A DNA stretch of 64,000 bases from the IMG/VR virus record IMGVR_UViG_3300032116_000009; one strand, 5' to 3'. Positions 61,401 through 64,000 of this stretch are shown piece by piece. How positions within the stretch are numbered: position 1 is the first letter of the stretch; each line of letters opens with the position of its first letter. A program made the position numbers and the translations under genes. The notes beneath the pieces are model-generated. The model had not been told where the DNA came from and did not search any database. It worked only from the letters and a program-made list of their open reading frames with translations. The stretch comes from a virus (taxonomy: Duplodnaviria > Caudoviricetes).

Positions 61401-64000
61401 CCTCCACCTCCGTTATATGTTTCTGGTCCACTAGAAACATTCAAATTCTTATTTGTGAGAAGATTTGTAATAGCTCTTCTCATCTGAGTTCCAGCTTGTT
61501 GGAATCCGTAAATTGTTTGTTGTTCTTCTCCAGCTAAACTGGTAGTTCCTACACCAACAAAATAGAATCCTGTGAAAGCTCTTGCATAATTATTACCACC
61601 AGTAAAGACATCAGTAGAGACTGCATCAACAAAGTATCCCAAGTCTCTCTGACACTTAGCTGAAGAAACTCCAGAAGACCAAAGTGTTGGGTATTGAACG
61701 GATATTGCAGTTAAAGCGGTAGCAACAATCTCACTCTTATTAATTTGGATTAATCTATAAGCATCATAATATCTGGAATCTTCTGTAGTTGATGTGACTC
61801 CAGGGCCTGGAACATAGAATCCTGTTGGGAATCCAATAGCAATAGATGCGATTGATTTATCTACGATTTCTTGTTTGTTAATCTGGATTAACTTATAAGA
61901 ATCATAATATCTGGATCTTTCATTAGTTTCTTGTTCACCTGGGAAGTAGAATCCAGTTGTAGCAGCAAGAGCTACAGATGCAAGAGACTTATCAATAATT
62001 TCTTGACGGTTGCCAATGATCAGATTTCTAGCATCTTTAGATCTATGGAAGTAGTTTGTATTTGTATTCTCTGGATCATCAATAATTGTAAAATCAAAAG
62101 TTTGAGATACTGCAGTCTGATAAAGGGTTGGTGGCGACTGGTTATTAATAATATATTGACCAAGGAATTTAATATACTCATATGCAAAAATAGCCTCTTC
62201 TTCTTCACCTGCAACATATGAAGTAGCACCAGACCAATACGCTAATCCAGCTTCTCTAGACTTGGAATTTCCACCAAATCTAATATCATAAGCTAATGCA
62301 TCTACAAGATATCCAATATCTCTTTTACAAATTACTGGATCATAATCCATCAAACGAGTTGAAATATCCTCATAGTTGAATTCAAGATAAGCTACTACTT
62401 CTTCTTTAATGAATTCTTTGTTGGATTCAATTAAATTACCAGCATCAAGGTATCTTTGACCAGGAATGATAAAGCTATCAAAAGATGCTAATTGTGATGC
62501 CCTCTTAATGGTTTTAACTGGAAGAGTTTTACCATCATTTGCGTCATCACCATTAACTGAAGAAACATAATATCTGTTTTCATACAATCCAGTACCAGTT
62601 GCAAATCCCAGAGTTCCATCTGCATTTAAACCAAGTAATTGTCCATTCTGACCTAATGTTGGTGGTAAAACCAAATCATAATTGGTTGCAATTCCAAGTT
62701 GTGATGTCTTAAATGTAACGTTATTTCTAAGAGAAGTAAATGTATTAATTCCAGAAACTTGAACATTCGTAAATACACCGACGTTACCGGTAATACTGTT
62801 AACACCGCTTACATTATTATTGTTTCCATTTATTGTTACTGAAGACGATCCAATTGTTAAAATTCCAGTAATTCTTGCATTACCAGTTACAACTAAACTT
62901 GTATTACCAGTACCAATTCTAACATTACCAAGTGTAGAAATACCACTTACATTGATGTTTGTTGCACTTAAGTGAGTAACGAATCCAAGAGTTGCATTTA
63001 AATTATCTACGTTACCATTAACAATATTAACATTTTGTCCTATTAGTGAACTTGCGTTTGCACTGGTTATAATACCAGAATTAATATATGCAGTATTAAT
63101 ATTAAATGCAGTCGCTACCGCTGTTGTAATTCCAAGATAAGTCGCAATTCCACTATTTACATTTAAAGTATTGACAGTAGCAGTTGTTATATTTGCATTT
63201 GTTATAATACCTGCATTGATTTTTGCTTCATTAGTTACACTACTAGTAATTCCAAGATAAGTTGCAATACCGGCGTTAAGATAAAGCAGGTTAGCAGAAC
63301 CAGAAGTAATTCCTACATTTGTAATAATACCTGTATTAACATAAGAGGTTCCTGAATAAGAAACTCTTACATCCAAATAAGTTGCAACTCCAGTGTTTAC
63401 ATTTAATCTATCAATAGTTGCGGTAGTTATTCCAGCAGAGGTAATTACACCAACATTGATGTTTGCTCTATCAGTTAAACTAGTTGTAACACCGAGATAA
63501 GTTGCAAACCCAATGTTTATATTTGCTGATCCAATATATGCAGTGTTTATATGAGCAGTTGTTACAATACCAGTATTAATATTAGCTTGATTTGTATATG
63601 AAGTGGTAACATTCGCATTTGTTATTGTTGCCGCAGTAATTACACCAACATTAATATTAGCACGATTTGTATAAGATGTAGAAATACTAGAATTTGTTAC
63701 TACTTCTGAATCTATTATAGCCGAAGTAATAATTCCAGTATTAATATTAGCCACATTACTATATGATGTGGTGATGTTGGCATTAGTTATTATTGCCGCA
63801 GTAATCACACCAACATTAATATTGGCTTGATTTGTATAAGATGTTGAAATTCCTGCATTTTGAATTGTTGCATATTCGATAGATGCATTAGTAATGATGC
63901 CACTATTAATATTAGCAGTATTAGTATAAGAATTCGTGGCATTTATATTAGTAACCGTAGCCGCAGTTATGAATCCTACGTTAATATTAGCTACATTAGT
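52451..64000 (-). CDS. Giant tail fibre/receptor-binding protein with C-terminal intramolecular chaperone (peptidase S74-like) domain; 5' end lies outside the window
   Basis: The frame is open from the stop at 52451 to the window edge (64 extra codons checked by hand; >=3849 aa). C-terminus SDIKLKTNI..ALEKVLKLRGVEY..GVVAQEVE plus coiled coil; T/G/N-rich repeats. Confidence 0.9.
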   Translation of the reverse strand, partial: TNVANINVGFITAATVTNINATNSYTNTANINSGIITNASIEYATIQNAGISTSYTNQANINVGVITAAIITNANITTSYSNVANINTGIITSAIIDSEVVTNSSISTSYTNRANINVGVITAATITNANVTTSYTNQANINTGIVTTAHINTAYIGSANINIGFATYLGVTTSLTDRANINVGVITSAGITTATIDRLNVNTGVATYLDVRVSYSGTSYVNTGIITNVGITSGSANLLYLNAGIATYLGITSSVTNEAKINAGIITNANITTATVNTLNVNSGIATYLGITTAVATAFNINTAYINSGIITSANASSLIGQNVNIVNGNVDNLNATLGFVTHLSATNINVSGISTLGNVRIGTGNTSLVVTGNARITGILTIGSSSVTINGNNNNVSGVNSITGNVGVFTNVQVSGINTFTSLRNNVTFKTSQLGIATNYDLVLPPTLGQNGQLLGLNADGTLGFATGTGLYENRYYVSSVNGDDANDGKTLPVKTIKRASQLASFDSFIIPGQRYLDAGNLIESNKEFIKEEVVAYLEFNYEDISTRLMDYDPVICKRDIGYLVDALAYDIRFGGNSKSREAGLAYWSGATSYVAGEEEEAIFAYEYIKFLGQYIINNQSPPTLYQTAVSQTFDFTIIDDPENTNTNYFHRSKDARNLIIGNRQEIIDKSLASVALAATTGFYFPGEQETNERSRYYDSYKLIQINKQEIVDKSIASIAIGFPTGFYVPGPGVTSTTEDSRYYDAYRLIQINKSEIVATALTAISVQYPTLWSSGVSSAKCQRDLGYFVDAVSTDVFTGGNNYARAFTGFYFVGVGTTSLAGEEQQTIYGFQQAGTQMRRAITNLLTNKNLNVSSGPETYNGGGGNVGVSSTTACTDVQNTIVSLVGIVTAAIGVGNTSGLPAVNYGDFDLNVIGYGMTEGIWKCARDTGFFIDAVSTDVFTGGNNYARAFTGFYFSNVGNLLADGLAGETAESNYVFESARDYMKKAVTNQLNSRDLTITADPVTGFNTDPNSCSNVRSTIDTLTGIVTTAVGSGSTAGIGATTNYGYFLVNSTYNVSDFVGIGTTNVVGGRKCARDLGYIVDAVAQDISYGTNQHILYATKKYFDGAGAARTDGLLGEEVISAYAFQSLGTYAKRAVTNWLNYQDLSIQNDVSVGSTNKDVNVCANIRSNIDNLVGILTTAVISGSIVGIATTNLGLTDCADVRSALVNYVGIITTIVGLGTTAAPALVAPGTQSQPVCIIVEAGNYVEDNPIILYDDVAIVGDNLRNTIIRPANAGKDLFRVRNGIYLTGFAMKDAIDLAGVPQNTFDYAVAFDDPSDNLTSRAGYATKLDKPTITRSPYIQNCSILSFLGGNGMLVDGNKVLTPNVPLISEEVEVGPDAIQPEQGKSMVAAAFTMVSFGGIGWRVINDGYSQVVSCFQIFCRYGSLAQSGGYLSITNSATNFGLYALRSTGYSRNSFIFDRGRVAATGTSGGLQTLKAVGYGRSDVENYILRFFDGNGVDRTSQFKPAVTVKEFNGATGVGLTENTITITTHGFNNADPVIYNGDEQVIPNRIVGGLVNDNQYYVVYIDADNFKLAEDESLNTIVDLTSLSTGIHTITKSTQDFFVKEIIDSHNSYQKLTLAGVGSTASFVSGRLISQTVVGGTATGFAVTYNNTTRELIVALELSSGVRRNFSVTNGTTVLNINDHSPSPISIGVSAVVGLTTYWTVEFKTDSTIAGTLVQNIGTLPEVYKLHFHRPSIVNSSSHTWEFSGSGIDYNALPQNGGQTDPRSEQVSELGGRVYSSGTNELGDFKIGDSIVAYNRTGNIIFNNTVTIGTLDSIRLSLSGGNVIEEFSTDTDLGDNEIGGPKHSRVPTQLSTRSFLNNRLGDFIDKSVSTNAIPNAVVQLNSIGQINADLIPPKTVNYYKSSVDGGRTQLVNYIPATSLVSGDTVVEPTDSFVLITDTVGQYLVLNNSTVYNFLNGDEVVSVTSGGGAIGVVTAPPRIGVGLGTTTLSFPNVGYGTTGLVRGVPLTLNSLVGGSGYNNPGIYTGVRLDTSTGIGTGITATITVGVSGTVTNVAINTGGYKFAVGDVLTLNNPTPIGGRTGGSNFTVNIATVETRLYLALSNGQKFPGSSALSDFVSDRNAVAISTNIGIGYTVTFTPTDISVGGSVDFANDRIVVGSGHSFVDGDPVIYRSGGGTPIGPLLDTTTYYIKTVGLTSVQLYSTYALVTIKDLTSSGTLTHSLSRVGVNTLTDQITFKNHGLSQGEAVKVTGNTPTGITTGSFYFAGSVTTNSFTFHETRAAALASINGLLLNTVSLAGGTINSAVGIMTLTEQNVEYSRTVNTSSSDTNNWSLLSVGSLDASNIITGTLSPSRLGSGTANDQTFLRGDSSYQKVITSVGIGTTQPIGVTATSSELAPGGVGVNTYYGNINITLNRAQTSSDEYSTLGVSRFKSSTFTVGTDGAISIKNSVTGDVDAATLGGQNSAYYLDILNSTGTLPVTRGGTNLTAAPSLGFTLLGNGSSYTLTGSPEFAGVVGAGFTVLIDKDISFANSSNWTGNKAAKIQYFNGSLYNQYTTNWILRNSGGTDVVTVSVAGTGTFTGAIQATRFTSTQATGTAPFTVSSTTLVTNLNADLLDGKNTGTSGNTIPLLDGSNTWSGTQLFSSSFEAEAKTKDDITTRTKSGFWQTDTATTAEGWPQTTNTWYHLLSSTHSNTANYYAMQFAGSFYNSNDIYYRSTNGSGTTAWNKLWHQGNDGSGSGLDADLLDGLNSSTTNTVSTIVSRDAWGGFSAGIVTATSFVGPLTGNVTGNLTGNVTGNLTGNISNTVTGTATTELVRGNMADNDFFRILIGGTTSNAGYVEIATADDGTEPIYVRQYSGTFTSLQRTATLLDGSGNTTFPGIVTATRFISNVSTGTAPFTVTSTTQVTNLNASLLEGYSTDSANTASRIVLRNVLGGFAAGIVTATSFVGPLTGNVTGNVTGNVSGTAGGLSGTPSITINALTATSAVVGTNVVLNSTGINVTGIITATSFVGPLTGNVTGNATGLSGTPSITINALTATSGVVGTNVVLNSTGINVTGVVTATSFVGPLTGNVTGNATGLSGTPSITVNTITATSGIITSIELGNLTDTTITRASAGRIAVEGVNVVTVSSTDTLTNKTIAAGSNTISGLTNANLSGSAGITNANLANSTISGVSLGSNLNTLTLNTSGTGLSGSTTYNGSGAVTFTVTSNATSANTAGAIVSRDASGNFSAGTISATTFSGGAGTFSNNVTINDGGASSNTTAFGTYKRLVFDNSFNDAARGPNKITLYNDGSTWAGGFGIHSDTVSYYSGGTHRWYKVNSQTSFSEILTLTAAGALTAASTISATRLISTVATGTAPFTVSSTTEVTNLNAALLNGFSSATTNTGNTIVRRDASGNINGNTITGTTIVGGTGTAIGGGGLVVNGTTGDNDSQLIIKKPSQSSFGVLTWDGIVFLSSNIYYTDGSWVHSAPAGNNNNQLFLLQPGSGARWYASNNATGSWNVASNLELWNDSGTWQRPLANTLTMNTSGTGISGSTTYNNSGAATFTVTSNATAANTASTIVARDAFGNFNAGIITATFSGTFNGSINGNATGLTGTPSVTVNALTATSATIGTNVIVNSTGIRVTGVTTSTGGFVGALTGNVSGNVTGNVTGNVTGNLTNTVTGTNTTELVRGNMADNDQFRILIGGTASNAGYVEIATADDGTEPIYVRQYTGVFSTLTRTATLLDGSGNTTFPGTVTAQSDIKLKTNINTIEKALEKVLKLRGVEYDRIDMNGEHQIGVVAQEVEEVIPELVFETEDGTKSVAYGNMVAVLIEAIKEQQSQIEDLKNQINELKK
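52759..55536. repeat. Dispersed ~200-nt direct repeat in the tail fibre gene (copies near 52759-52962 and 55330-55536)
   Basis: Both copies encode TELVRGNMADND.FRILIGGT.SNAGYVEIATADDGTEPIYVRQY...ATLLDGSGNTTFPG; offset 2574 nt. Confidence 0.85.
54690..55150. repeat. Tandem 165-nt (55-aa) repeats, about three copies
   Basis: A 41-nt identical stretch (gtgatacttggtgttccacttaagcctgttgcatttccagt) occurs at 54708 and 54873; the third copy is diverged. Confidence 0.85.
63000..64000. repeat. Degenerate ~25-aa beta-repeat region (NINxGxITxAxI...)
   Basis: Recurring ANINxGII/VTxA motifs in the translation. Confidence 0.7.

Noticed and set aside
63000-64000. Regularly spaced short repeats that could suggest a CRISPR array
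   Set aside because: They are degenerate protein-coding repeats in an open frame, with no identical direct repeats separated by unique spacers and no cas genes.
1-64000. Alternative genetic code or stop-codon readthrough
   Set aside because: Core genes are full length under the standard code, and TAA, TGA and TAG all end genes at expected positions.

Overview
The window is a 64 kb segment of a T4-like cyanomyovirus (Kyanoviridae-type) genome. All supported genes lie on the minus strand. Read in the direction of transcription (right to left), it contains: the C-terminal >=3849 codons of a giant tail-fibre gene; the neck/terminase/tail/head module (gp13, gp14, gp15, gp16, gp17, gp18, gp19, gp20, gp21, gp22, gp23, gp3); uvsY-uvsW; gp55-gp47-gp46; a vWA protein and a MoxR/CobS-like AAA+ ATPase separated by a three-gene insert; the replication module (gp45, gp44, gp62, regA, hsp20, gp43, uvsX, gp41); mazG; and a late-promoter-driven accessory cluster. 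The cyanophage assignment rests on this gene order, the hsp20/cobS-like/mazG/2OG-oxygenase content, and ATAAATA late promoters. The host cannot be determined from the sequence. I found no tRNA, rRNA, CRISPR array, intron, intein or integrase. The most interesting observations are: (1) seven accessory proteins with an N-terminal leader ending in xxE (usually followed by A), three of them modular polyproteins whose modules are bounded by protease-like xxE sites, suggesting a prohead-protease-processed head cargo system; (2) a 58-aa NblA-like ORF missed by the ORF track, just upstream of gp17; (3) a DruA/DUF4338-like gene inserted between the clamp-loader subunits; (4) a hydroxylase-fusion island between the vWA and MoxR genes, both of which have promoters carrying the same palindromic box; (5) candidate regulatory RNA structures (a small RNA after regA, the hsp20 leader, an antisense promoter at gp55). 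Family assignments come from motif recognition and recollection of known families; no database search was run.
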